Shown here: positions 30,669 to 40,507 of the stretch, one piece after another
Layout: each line of letters opens with the position of its first letter
How positions within the stretch are numbered: the first letter of the stretch is position 1
IMG/VR virus record: IMGVR_UViG_3300024270_000041
Reading direction: 5' to 3' (one strand)
DNA from: an uncultured virus (IMG/VR IMGVR_UViG_3300024270_000041)
Lineage: Duplodnaviria; Heunggongvirae; Uroviricota; Caudoviricetes
DNA: 64,000 nucleotides
Notes under the pieces: generated by a model
Database searches by the model: none
The model's input: the letters and a program-made list of their open reading frames with translations, nothing else
Told to the model about the DNA's origin: nothing
Made by a program: the position numbers and the translations under genes

Positions 30669-30733
30669 TTGGGTTTCACCTCTTCTTTCTAATAGATTAT
30701 ATATTATACAGGTGTCTTAAGGAGGCGATAATT

Positions 30734-31792
30734 ATGGATACTTCTATCAAAGAAGAAATCATTCAGCAACTAAGTCAGTTGCCAGTATATAATATCTCAT
30801 CTAATGGTATTCAGCATACTGTTAGATGCCCATATTGTGGGGACTCAAACAATCCCACACATGGTCATTTCTCGATTCGAATCGACCCAAATGACCCCCT
30901 AGACCCAATGTTATATAGCTGTTTCAAGTGCCCCTCTTCAGGGATTCTTACAGCTCAGACATTAACGGACCTGGGTCTGGTTATAGATAGCTCCATCTTG
31001 TCTGGACTATCAAAGATATCTCAGGCATCATCAAGAGTGCATAAGATAACTATGATAAAGACTGAGCAGTTAGAGGTACCGGTTGTCAGTCCAAGTGAAG
31101 TAGCACTGAATAATCTTGATTATATTAACACTAGACTCGGTACTAATTATACTGTAACCGAATGTGCTGCTATGGACATTATACTTGACTTACATCAGTT
31201 CATGCGACATAATAAGATACAGTCATTGTATATGGGTAACCCGATATCGGACGCATTGATTAACTTCATAACGTATCATTACGTAGGCTTCATAAGCAAG
31301 AATCGCAATACTATAGCATTCAGATACAATGGTATCAATGCAGATAAGTTCGATGAGCAGCCGAAGAGGTGGGTCAAATGTAAAGTCAATCCAAAAAATA
31401 TGGATACCAACTCATTCTATTCACCACCAGCTACTATTGACATCTTATATACGCACCCAATCAATATTCATATTGCTGAAGGTCCGATGGATATACTGTC
31501 GATAATGCAAAACTGTAGAATCACTGATAGTGATGATTACTTTTACGCAGTATGTGGATTTGGATATAGTGCGATACTTACTAACATAATCCGTATGGGA
31601 CTTAATACGGGTCTCAATTTACACATATATGCAGACGGTGATAAGACTGATGGTGAGATACTTTACCAACTAAATAAGTCCAAGCTATTAGACTGGGTAG
31701 AGCACCTCTATATTCATCGTAATGGTACAGGTGAGAAGGATTTCGGAGTACCGGCGGACAAAATAAAGAATACCTATAGGAAGGTATTCTAA
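30734..31792 (+). CDS. DNA primase (T4 gp61/DnaG-like)
   Basis: Zn-binding RCPYCGDS...CFKC; TOPRIM IAEGPMD and YADGD; C-terminal KDFG. Confidence 0.88.
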   Translation: MDTSIKEEIIQQLSQLPVYNISSNGIQHTVRCPYCGDSNNPTHGHFSIRIDPNDPLDPMLYSCFKCPSSGILTAQTLTDLGLVIDSSILSGLSKISQASSRVHKITMIKTEQLEVPVVSPSEVALNNLDYINTRLGTNYTVTECAAMDIILDLHQFMRHNKIQSLYMGNPISDALINFITYHYVGFISKNRNTIAFRYNGINADKFDEQPKRWVKCKVNPKNMDTNSFYSPPATIDILYTHPINIHIAEGPMDILSIMQNCRITDSDDYFYAVCGFGYSAILTNIIRMGLNTGLNLHIYADGDKTDGEILYQLNKSKLLDWVEHLYIHRNGTGEKDFGVPADKIKNTYRKVF

Positions 31793-31836
31793 ACAGATAA
31801 TCCCACAAGCCACATGGCTTGTGGGATATTTTTTTG

Positions 31837-32421
31837 TTATTCTGTAGCTTCAGCTGGTTCGGTTGTGGTAGTCTCAGTTTCTTCTGGGATAGTTTCTTCA
31901 CCCTTTTCCTGAGCTTCTGCGTTTGTAGCTTCTTCAGCAGCCTTAGCAGCTCTTGCTGCAGCTTCTGCTTCTCTCTGCTGTCTTGCAAGTCTCTTTCTTT
32001 CGTTCTTGGAGAGACCGTTGGGGATAATATTAACAGGAGATGCCTCTGTAGGTGTCTCAACAGCCTTGGATGTATCAACCGGCATATCAGGTGTAAGCTG
32101 GGATACGGCCTTAGCAGTACCAGTAACAGGTGTACCTGTGATGGCGTTATTAAGTGCTTCGCTTGTAAGGTCCTTCTTATCAGGATTGAAGCGGTCGCGG
32201 TCATTGAAGTTAGCAGTTGTAAGCTTGATAGACTTAACGGACGCCTTATCAACTGGTGTAGGGTATTCCTTTACATTATATCCGCCGTATACGAGCTTCT
32301 TAACGAGGTCTTCGCTAAAATATCTCGCACTTACGATTGGACCATACATCTTGAGAGGGGCAATCCAATCGATATTGTGTACGGTAATGAGTCTTGTCTT
32401 TGTATTAGCCATGATAATCAT
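31837..32421 (-). CDS. Hypothetical protein with Ala/Glu/Thr-rich tail
   Basis: 194-aa ORF with GAAAGGA RBS; palindromic terminator at 31800-31827. Confidence 0.7.
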   Translation of the reverse strand: MIIMANTKTRLITVHNIDWIAPLKMYGPIVSARYFSEDLVKKLVYGGYNVKEYPTPVDKASVKSIKLTTANFNDRDRFNPDKKDLTSEALNNAITGTPVTGTAKAVSQLTPDMPVDTSKAVETPTEASPVNIIPNGLSKNERKRLARQQREAEAAARAAKAAEEATNAEAQEKGEETIPEETETTTTEPAEATE

Positions 32422-32433
32422 TCCTTTCTTTTA

Positions 32434-33840
32434 TTAACCCTCGTAGCCCGGAGGACATTTCACATATACGCCATATGTCTTAGGGGCAATCTTCTTATCG
32501 AGAACCGCTCTACGCAGTTTCTGCAGAGATTCCTTGGTAGACTTAATCTTAGCATCGTACTTGTGATAGTCACCATTCTGTCTACAAGAGTCTTCGAAGT
32601 AGTTAAGCTGGTCTATCTTATGATAGATAAGGTCGAGCACATATGCTCTATCATAATGGTTTTCGATTTTGTCAATCTCAATCCATATATCGTCGATTGC
32701 GTAATCGGATGGAAGCACAGCTCTCTTTTTCTTCTTCAAGAAAGCTTCAAGTGCAACTTCATCACTTGTACCATATGCTTCAGCAGAAGCAATCTCGATA
32801 GCAGCTGTTCTTGGATTAGAACCTGTGAATGTGTAAGACTCCATTGCTGCCTGGAGGGTATACTCACCCTTATCGATATTATCGATTACACTTTCCATAG
32901 CAATGAGCTTATTAGTATAGCGGTCCTTAAGACCATAACCACACTGAGCACAGATGTTGAGGATAGCGAATCTCATAGAGTAGCTTGTAGCACGTGCTGC
33001 TCTGTTAATAAGTTCAGCCTGGAGCTGTCCTCTTCTTCTCATAATATCCTTGATATTGATATTGCACCAGTTGACGTCCACGTGTACTTCATGACGACGA
33101 ACGTCACTATTTCTAAGCACCGTAGTGCCGTATCTGGCAATGATCTTATTGATTGCATTGTAATATATCTCCCTGTTAATCTGTGGTGTAGGAATCTCCT
33201 CACCACAGCCATTTTCGGAAGTGTAATTACAATTGGTTGCTACTGTTGGTGCAGTCGGATTAGCAAGCTCTGAATTGAGTGCAACGTATGCCTGAATACC
33301 AGTCATAGCAGTGATGAGTGGAATAGTATAGAAGATGCTGACAAGTCTAGCAACATTGGCAGTATGAATCATTGTCAGATACGAGTTAGTTGTCATAAAC
33401 TCATCAAATACTACATGTAGTGGTATGCCATCCATAGTGTAATTGATCTGTGCTTTGATAAGCTCCCATATTTCATCTGGGGTAAAGTTGATAACAGTAT
33501 TATCAAGCATATTCTTATCGATCTCGATGATGATACGACAAATCTTTCCCCACTCAGGGAATATCTTGCCGAAGTTTCTATCAGCGAACTTACGGAGAAT
33601 TGGAGTCATCTCGGATAATTCTGGATATACACTGATACCAGAGAAGCCGTTCTTCGGGTCGATGATTTTGATAGTCACATTATATTTTTTGCTATCATCC
33701 TTAGTTGAAGACATCAGGTCCATATACTGAGCGATATGAAATCCGAGATCGGAGTTAACCGCACATTCATCCAGGTTAGATATAGCATTCTTGATTCTTT
33801 CAATTACGCCTGCCATAGAAGCAGAATCCATAGTTATCAT
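32434..33840 (-). CDS. Late virion (head) protein with AME/ALE sites
   Basis: Late promoter at 33878-33867. IAMES, AAMES and VALEA precede a basic C-terminal domain. Confidence 0.55.
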   Translation of the reverse strand: MITMDSASMAGVIERIKNAISNLDECAVNSDLGFHIAQYMDLMSSTKDDSKKYNVTIKIIDPKNGFSGISVYPELSEMTPILRKFADRNFGKIFPEWGKICRIIIEIDKNMLDNTVINFTPDEIWELIKAQINYTMDGIPLHVVFDEFMTTNSYLTMIHTANVARLVSIFYTIPLITAMTGIQAYVALNSELANPTAPTVATNCNYTSENGCGEEIPTPQINREIYYNAINKIIARYGTTVLRNSDVRRHEVHVDVNWCNINIKDIMRRRGQLQAELINRAARATSYSMRFAILNICAQCGYGLKDRYTNKLIAMESVIDNIDKGEYTLQAAMESYTFTGSNPRTAAIEIASAEAYGTSDEVALEAFLKKKKRAVLPSDYAIDDIWIEIDKIENHYDRAYVLDLIYHKIDQLNYFEDSCRQNGDYHKYDAKIKSTKESLQKLRRAVLDKKIAPKTYGVYVKCPPGYEG

Positions 33841-33899
33841 TCCTTTCTATAAGGTATTATAGCGATTACTAAGCTGTTTCGGGAAGGGCTCAAGTTAAC

Positions 33900-34066
33900 A
33901 AAAAAAAATGACAGAGGGTTGAGCAACGACCCTCTGTCAAAACGGAGAAAATGTAGGAGGACATATCACGGTTGGAAGGCAAAATGATAATTTGTGTTGT
34001 AGCGACCCCTAATGTCAATAATCGCATACAAGTAGGAGATATTTAATCCAACCGCTAATGTCCCAT
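33900..34066 (-). ncRNA. Candidate about 165-nt rod-shaped sRNA with central bubble
   Basis: TATATAT box at 34078-34072; closing helix GGACAT..CGGTTGGA / TCCAACCG..ATGTCC; CUCCU tracts; terminator 33909-33939 with long U tract. Confidence 0.6.
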
Positions 34067-34084
34067 ATAGAATATATACGCGAA

Positions 34085-34999
34085 TTAGAGGTTCGTGTGA
34101 ATGGATTCCACAATGCTTTCTATACGTTCCTTTAGCTTGCTCTCGATTGCATCTACCATGAAGTCTACCAACAATCCTCTCTTACGGAACTCGTCAGTCA
34201 ATGCACGTTTCATATCATTATATATAGTAGCCACTGGAGTCGTTTCCCTAGTATAACCACACGTATCGGCAACGCATTGTACGGCAAGTATCGCCGATCT
34301 TAATATTGAATCATATGTATCATCATCACCGGGCAATTTTAATCCCGTATATTGAAACCTAGATACTATATCCGGTTGAGTCATGACTCTGTTAAATATC
34401 CTACCAGCCATGGTACAGCACCTATCAGTTTCATCATCATACATGAGGGTACCACCCATCCACCAAGGTTTTAATTTATATCCAAATGCAACAGCGACGG
34501 AACTATTCAACGACATTCTCATGAATAGTAACACATCGTTCGATAATGGTGGCACCGAATTGCGTATAGTTTCATCGAATAATTTCTCAACATTCTGTAG
34601 GTTGAGGTCTATTCGTGGCTCGTCTACATATACACCGTCATATTCATCGTCGTCATCGATATGATCATTTGATATTGGAGTATTTATTGGTTCGGGGTCA
34701 CACCCGAAGCGTATCATTAATGGTATGGGCTCAGAAGTTCTACCATCACAGTAGCTGTCTTTGATTATGAATATTGCACCTTCGTCAAGCGCGCCGGATA
34801 ATGTTATTCTGCGTGTTATTGTCTCGTGCGGTTTATTAGTACCCATCCATACAATTGTACCAGTATCCTCATCAGACCCGAAGAACTCATGTATGTTATG
34901 TATGATAAGCTGACTCAGGTAGATTTTAATCTCGAATTCTTCATCGTAATAAATAGGAGTTTCGTTAATTACAATAGGCTCTGCGTTTGTTTTAATCAT
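34085..34999 (-). CDS. Hypothetical protein
   Basis: 304-aa ORF with GGAGG RBS. Confidence 0.75.
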   Translation of the reverse strand: MIKTNAEPIVINETPIYYDEEFEIKIYLSQLIIHNIHEFFGSDEDTGTIVWMGTNKPHETITRRITLSGALDEGAIFIIKDSYCDGRTSEPIPLMIRFGCDPEPINTPISNDHIDDDDEYDGVYVDEPRIDLNLQNVEKLFDETIRNSVPPLSNDVLLFMRMSLNSSVAVAFGYKLKPWWMGGTLMYDDETDRCCTMAGRIFNRVMTQPDIVSRFQYTGLKLPGDDDTYDSILRSAILAVQCVADTCGYTRETTPVATIYNDMKRALTDEFRKRGLLVDFMVDAIESKLKERIESIVESIHTNL

Positions 35000-35019
35000 A
35001 GTTAAACCTCCATAAAATA

Positions 35020-35153
35020 AAGTATATACCCCGGAATCCTGTGGACGGATTCCGGGGTTTGATCAAAGGAGATGCTCTTGCCACTTTATGGCATTTTCGC
35101 TTTCGGTAAAGTGAAAATCAAGCAGTTAATACGATTATGTCAGCTCGTATTTA
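35020..35153 (-). ncRNA. Candidate about 130-nt sRNA or attenuated leader
   Basis: Late promoter AACA-AGTATG-TA (35163-35152), three hairpins, UCUCCUUU (35072-35065), and terminator stem 35028-35058. Confidence 0.5.
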
Positions 35154-35176
35154 CATACTTGTTACAATTCGATTAT

Positions 35177-36775
35177 TTATATAATGAGCAGGAATGTCTC
35201 GAATTCATCGATGATAATATCGATGTCGATGTCATCATTACTATGCTCATGAATAGCTGGGTCCATATCGACCCAAGTGAATGACGAATTGATGATAGTG
35301 GAAAGTATCTTCCTAATAGGCGAATCCTTAGGATTCAGCTGTTCGACATATTTGAACTTATTCTTCAGTACATGCTGGAAGTGAGCTGACTGCTCATACT
35401 TCTCAGTGAAGCGTCTGTTCTTAATAACGTTCTCCTTGAAGCGTCCACGTACTGTAGCAGTACATATCTGTGGAAGCAGAACCATTCCCTTATGCTGAAG
35501 GAATTTCTTGAGAACGATTGTAAGGTAAACTATATCCTTCTTGGTGAGAAGGTTGATAGCAGTTGTATCATGGAAGAAGTTAGAGTAGAACATGTGAAGC
35601 AATCTCTGGATGAGAGAATTCAACACGATATTCTCCATATAGAAATCAAACTCTTCCTGTGGTATGTGTATGTTGAAGTTCCTTCTGATATTCTTCATAA
35701 CCTTCTCGGAACTTGCCTTAGTGACGATAGGATTGGATTCATTCCTACGATAGATGCTCATTTCAATAGCCTCTGAACGTGAGAGGAAGTCATCATCATC
35801 CCTTACCAGGTCTTCAGCAGCAAGCTCAACTGGTTTAGATGGGAACTTCTCATTTTTGAATTGCATATAGTTCTTAAGGATGATACCATCGAAATATGAT
35901 ACGATGGACTGCTCATAGTCAATCTTATATAAGCTCTTGACAACGATTACTTTGTTGATAAGGTCATCGAGATATGTCTCGATGTTATCACCGTGAATCT
36001 GCTGCTTCTTAGCAAGCATTGACCTGTCGCTACCACATCTCTTAAGAATACGGTATTCTACGAAGTTACAGAGTGCACCGTAGATGGGAATACTACGCTG
36101 CTCGAACTTCTTAATGATGTCCATAAAGATACTGATGAAGCAAGGAATATAACCGGTCTTCGTAGTAATGGTAGGGCTTACGTTAGTGAAGTGAATACAA
36201 GCGGGCATAATGAGTCTAATAGCAAATGATATTGCTAAGATAACACTCGCATGCTCGTTTGTAATCTTCGGAGTAGAACGATAGCTACCATTCTTATCAG
36301 TATCAATAATTGGAATGTAGAGGTCATCAACCATCTTCTGGATATTATCCATGAACTGCTCGGTCATAATTCTTTCGAGAATAAATGCCTTGAGTGATTC
36401 AGTGGTGAGGACCGATGTCTTGGTGTCAATAATATACTTCAGTGAAAGATATGCCATAACGAATTCCTTGTCAGTATCGTAATACTTGATGAAGTAATTC
36501 ATATGTGCGAGAATATCAGGCATTCTCTTTACGAAGTGCTTGAGGATGATATGATATGTACAGAGACTTTCAAGGTACTCTGGGTCAATATCATGGTCAT
36601 CGAAGAGCTTGTCAAATCTTGCGATTATAACATTCTCTTCATGGAAGAAGAATAAATCTTCCTTGTCGGGCTGCCAATAGTGAAGCTTTGGCCAGCCGTG
36701 AGGTGTAAACCTCTCTTCTGCAGTAGGTTCGTATGTATCTACTACTTCCTGCTGCTCGATGTTTTCATTAGCCAT
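35177..36775 (-). CDS. Helical protein, candidate sigma-like promoter-specificity subunit of the phage RNAP
   Basis: 532 aa, mostly helical. VIVVKSLYKIDYEQSIVSYFDGII loosely resembles sigma region 2.2-2.3, and the size is similar to phiKZ gp68/AR9 gp226. Inferred. Confidence 0.4.
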   Translation of the reverse strand: MANENIEQQEVVDTYEPTAEERFTPHGWPKLHYWQPDKEDLFFFHEENVIIARFDKLFDDHDIDPEYLESLCTYHIILKHFVKRMPDILAHMNYFIKYYDTDKEFVMAYLSLKYIIDTKTSVLTTESLKAFILERIMTEQFMDNIQKMVDDLYIPIIDTDKNGSYRSTPKITNEHASVILAISFAIRLIMPACIHFTNVSPTITTKTGYIPCFISIFMDIIKKFEQRSIPIYGALCNFVEYRILKRCGSDRSMLAKKQQIHGDNIETYLDDLINKVIVVKSLYKIDYEQSIVSYFDGIILKNYMQFKNEKFPSKPVELAAEDLVRDDDDFLSRSEAIEMSIYRRNESNPIVTKASSEKVMKNIRRNFNIHIPQEEFDFYMENIVLNSLIQRLLHMFYSNFFHDTTAINLLTKKDIVYLTIVLKKFLQHKGMVLLPQICTATVRGRFKENVIKNRRFTEKYEQSAHFQHVLKNKFKYVEQLNPKDSPIRKILSTIINSSFTWVDMDPAIHEHSNDDIDIDIIIDEFETFLLII

Positions 36776-36808
36776 AAGTGCAAACTCCCTTCATTAAAGT
36801 CAATGCGA

Positions 36809-37549
36809 TTATATATGCTTTACTTTATTAACCGAGCCAACTTTGGATACTCGCTGAACACGGGCAACCTTATTCTTATCGGTCGATAATGAGCCGTCTT
36901 TAGTAGTCACAACTGTCTCTTTCTTATCACTGTGACCCTGACGCTTTTTCTTATCCTTTTCGCTACGTTTTGTACGTACCTGCATTGCCTTCTCAGGACT
37001 ACGCATATACTGTACAATAGCTTCAACTCTAGGTACGTTGGTAGATTCTTTAATCTCCGAGAGTACCTGGATAGGATTAAGTTCTGTCAGGTAGAGTGCT
37101 GTGAAGTAAAGACTCTTCTCATATTTTACGTCTTTCTTAAGCTCTTCCTCCTTCTTTGCTTTATCAGCAGGAGGTTCTAATGTTGCTTTATCGTAAAGCT
37201 GTTTAGCCCAAGGAATCAGGAATCCCTTGCGGTCAAACACCCTCGCATTCATGAATACAAATGATGGGCAGTTTGAATATACTCGGATATCATCTGTACG
37301 GAAATCCTTAAATGAACCATTCGCACGACCAAACTGGAATTCAACCAGTACGTCATAGTTCATCTTAACCTTTTCGGATGGTATTCTTAAGTGTACAACG
37401 ATACGGTTCGTTGCCTTAACAGTAAACCATCTAGTGGCGATCTTATCTCGGACTTCTTCGTACCTTTTACGGTATTCTTCTTTCGTCTTAGCATCTGCTT
37501 TGACTTCTTTCATATACCCATTCAGTGACAGTTTGTCCAATGATGTCAA
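36809..37549 (-). CDS. Basic hypothetical phage protein
   Basis: 246 aa; IRVYSNCPSFVF is a SWIM-like segment; GAAAGGGG RBS. Confidence 0.65.
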   Translation of the reverse strand: MTSLDKLSLNGYMKEVKADAKTKEEYRKRYEEVRDKIATRWFTVKATNRIVVHLRIPSEKVKMNYDVLVEFQFGRANGSFKDFRTDDIRVYSNCPSFVFMNARVFDRKGFLIPWAKQLYDKATLEPPADKAKKEEELKKDVKYEKSLYFTALYLTELNPIQVLSEIKESTNVPRVEAIVQYMRSPEKAMQVRTKRSEKDKKKRQGHSDKKETVVTTKDGSLSTDKNKVARVQRVSKVGSVNKVKHI

Positions 37550-37639
37550 CCCCTTTCATTTGATATAGGTTTAAGTATTATGTCCGTGGGATAATAAAAA
37601 GCAAAAAAAATATCAGGGAAGCTAATGCTTCCCTGATAT

Positions 37640-38596
37640 TTATATGATATTGGAGTTCCCCCGATATTTATATGATATTGGTATATACTCTTTAGATAAT
37701 CTAGATATATTATCGAGAATACATGTGTCATCAACCAGTTCGGGAATATATCTATCGATACGCAAACGTGCATTCTCGGCATATTCCGACGTGTGATATA
37801 TTAGTCCGTACACGTCATATATTCCACGAATATTGTGGAATAATGGGAAATTCATTACCCACGGATACCTATTAATATCAACACCGATAACAAATCTCAA
37901 TAGTTGCTTCTCATTCACTGTTAGTAAATTAGGAAGGTGTCTTGCAGCATCCGACCAGATATCTGATAAATACTTGGAGCCTATCAGCATATTAAATGCA
38001 GTAGTACCGCACATATTCGATATTAACATATCATGTCTAGGGCCTTCTTTTGGAATTATGCGATCCATATTGGTAATATGACTGATGTATGCATATACCC
38101 TCTGCAAACTACAGTATGTTGCATATACTGCATGTATTACATTATTATATATCTCAGTATTCTCAGATACGGCAAATGTATTATATCCTATATCGCAGTA
38201 ATGCATCAACACTGTATTGATAAATCGAAATATAATGTCATAATCATTCTGGTTACTACATTTATCCAGTAACGGGATCAGTTTTCCGATAGATAAGAAG
38301 CTAGTCGGAATCTCACAATTCCATAATATGATAGTAGCACCTGCCTCTTCTATATTCATGAGATTGATTCCATGCATCATAATGGCAAATACGAAATCGT
38401 CGTAATACTTTTGGGCCGGTGCCACCGAATTCCTAATGTTCAGATTACTGATTCTTCTAATGAGGTTTTCATGGGCCATACTACCTCCGTAACAATTATA
38501 CCCTATACTGAATGATACATGTTTATGAGCACACACTAACGATAAAAGAACTCTCAGATTATTATATTCAGGATGGTTCTTCCCATAATATTCCAT
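37640..38596 (-). CDS. Hypothetical accessory protein
   Basis: 318-aa ORF, last gene of a coupled operon. Confidence 0.7.
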   Translation of the reverse strand: MEYYGKNHPEYNNLRVLLSLVCAHKHVSFSIGYNCYGGSMAHENLIRRISNLNIRNSVAPAQKYYDDFVFAIMMHGINLMNIEEAGATIILWNCEIPTSFLSIGKLIPLLDKCSNQNDYDIIFRFINTVLMHYCDIGYNTFAVSENTEIYNNVIHAVYATYCSLQRVYAYISHITNMDRIIPKEGPRHDMLISNMCGTTAFNMLIGSKYLSDIWSDAARHLPNLLTVNEKQLLRFVIGVDINRYPWVMNFPLFHNIRGIYDVYGLIYHTSEYAENARLRIDRYIPELVDDTCILDNISRLSKEYIPISYKYRGNSNII

Positions 38597-38599
38597 AAA

Positions 38600-39433
38600 T
38601 TAATCCTCCTCCATTATTTCCCATTCAGCTGCATGCATTTCTAGGTCTGTCATTAGATAATCTTCAGTATCCATCATCCTGAATACCTTGACCAGCTTGT
38701 CTTCGAAGCCCAGGCATCTAGTATTATAACTGCTGCGAATCCAACAGGATTCGTCATAATCACCGTAGTTTTCAATTACTGTCAGTATTATATATCTAAC
38801 ACCGTCGACGATATTGTAGCTAAATACCACTTTTCGGCATTCGTCCTCAGTAGTATCGAAGTCGTTGAATTTGCCTTCCCATATAAACTCTACTTTATCG
38901 AGGAGTGTTAAAAGGTCTAAGCTAGTAGCCTCTTTAACTTTAAGGGCCCAGTATCCATCCTTTCCACCATAATAAAAGGGCGGTTTGGTGGTAATATTGG
39001 GTAGGGAGTCCACGAAGTCTGTCATATATTTGAGGGCACGAAGTTGCTCTTCAAACGTATTCCATCTTAAATAGAATGCGAGTCCCATCCATTCACCGGT
39101 CCATGCGAGAATACATGGTTCGATACCGTTATCTTTTGCATGTTCGGTCGCCGATACGAACCTATCAATCACAGTGAATGGTTCGGCCATTGACTTAACA
39201 TCAAACGCGATATATACATCATCGCCATCCTTGAGGATTTCTGTTGTGCGTGTAACGTGCCCGGAACAGCACGCCTTAGTATCATAACCTTTCTCCCAAA
39301 GGGTTATGATTAATGGAACCATGAAATCATCAATCTCAATGAGTTCCGCCGTCGTACAGTCGGTACGTGGGCAACGATTACCCACGTAACTATCTCTGTA
39401 GCTGCTCTTACAGTATTTACATACCTTGGCCAT
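38600..39433 (-). CDS. Hypothetical protein with Zn ribbon and KGYxTxxCCSGH motif
   Basis: N-terminal CKYC...CPRTDC, followed by LWEKGYDTKACCSGH (TYW3-like motif). Confidence 0.65.
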   Translation of the reverse strand: MAKVCKYCKSSYRDSYVGNRCPRTDCTTAELIEIDDFMVPLIITLWEKGYDTKACCSGHVTRTTEILKDGDDVYIAFDVKSMAEPFTVIDRFVSATEHAKDNGIEPCILAWTGEWMGLAFYLRWNTFEEQLRALKYMTDFVDSLPNITTKPPFYYGGKDGYWALKVKEATSLDLLTLLDKVEFIWEGKFNDFDTTEDECRKVVFSYNIVDGVRYIILTVIENYGDYDESCWIRSSYNTRCLGFEDKLVKVFRMMDTEDYLMTDLEMHAAEWEIMEED

Positions 39434-39436
39434 ATT

Positions 39437-40507
39437 TTATTTCTCCTTCCACTCATCTTCAAGGTAGTACTTCGTATCTACAGCAATCACGTTAGATTCC
39501 ATAAATACCATGTAGCCTTTAGGGTTACAGTTAAATACCTTGACAATTTCCTTGACTGTTGCTGATACTATAGAAAGGCCATCCTGAGTCTGGAACTCTG
39601 GATTATAAAGAATCCTTGCAGAAAGCTTTACGGCATCTTTGATATCGTTGGACATGATTTGCATCATTGTACGACTTTCACCAATCATACATGATACATA
39701 TTCACTGCCGATGAATATAGTATCGCCTGGCAGTACTCCTAAGTAGTGCTGAACGAATACTTGATATGGAATCTTACCATTGAATTTGTCATAATTCTTC
39801 CACATAGCTGTCAGGGTAATTGTGGGGTCATTGAGGTCTCCTGTTTTTGTAACCATATACGGTGCAGGATGTGACATGTAGATGTCATTACTATTATCCA
39901 TAACCACGATAGTACCGGGTACAATGCCCCTGTCGGCAAGTCTTGTTGAGCCTACGAATCTCGATGCGTAAATTTCGCTCATTCTGATAGCGATATCATC
40001 AGTTGTAGGTATCGTTATCAGTGGTAATGGCGCTTCATTAAGCGCCGGATACATAATAACAGTTACTGCATCGACCGATTTATTTTCACCTACGAGAGCC
40101 TGACCCTCATATTCAATCTGCAGTTTCGGGAAGTCTGCATTGTCTTCATAGTCCTTAAATAAAGGAAACATGAGAAGTGAATACCTATCATGCTCTTCGT
40201 CGTAGAATAAGTAGTTTATCGTACGTGATACGTCAAGCTCCTGAATCTGCTCATCGTTTTCATTATAAAATGTGATGAATTGCAGCGATGGTCTGTCACT
40301 GTCATAATGCCACTGCATGCAGTCGACATTGGATACGTGTGAGAAGAACTTACCACATGTGATGTATACACTCACGGGTTCTTCGAACTCGTGGCTGTAT
40401 TCGAGGCATCTTTTGTAGCCCCTTTCAGTGTCAATATGTGTTGGGTTGTAATTGGGATGATGTGCAAGCATCATCCCTTCAATATAGTTTTGGAATTTCA
40501 TATCCAT
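39437..40507 (-). CDS. Hypothetical accessory protein
   Basis: 356-aa ORF coupled to its neighbours. Confidence 0.75.
   Translation of the reverse strand: MDMKFQNYIEGMMLAHHPNYNPTHIDTERGYKRCLEYSHEFEEPVSVYITCGKFFSHVSNVDCMQWHYDSDRPSLQFITFYNENDEQIQELDVSRTINYLFYDEEHDRYSLLMFPLFKDYEDNADFPKLQIEYEGQALVGENKSVDAVTVIMYPALNEAPLPLITIPTTDDIAIRMSEIYASRFVGSTRLADRGIVPGTIVVMDNSNDIYMSHPAPYMVTKTGDLNDPTITLTAMWKNYDKFNGKIPYQVFVQHYLGVLPGDTIFIGSEYVSCMIGESRTMMQIMSNDIKDAVKLSARILYNPEFQTQDGLSIVSATVKEIVKVFNCNPKGYMVFMESNVIAVDTKYYLEDEWKEK

Noticed and set aside
31819..33273. 484-aa plus-strand ORF
   Set aside because: Antisense shadow of 31837-32421 and 32434-33840, with Ser/Cys/Phe-rich non-protein-like composition.
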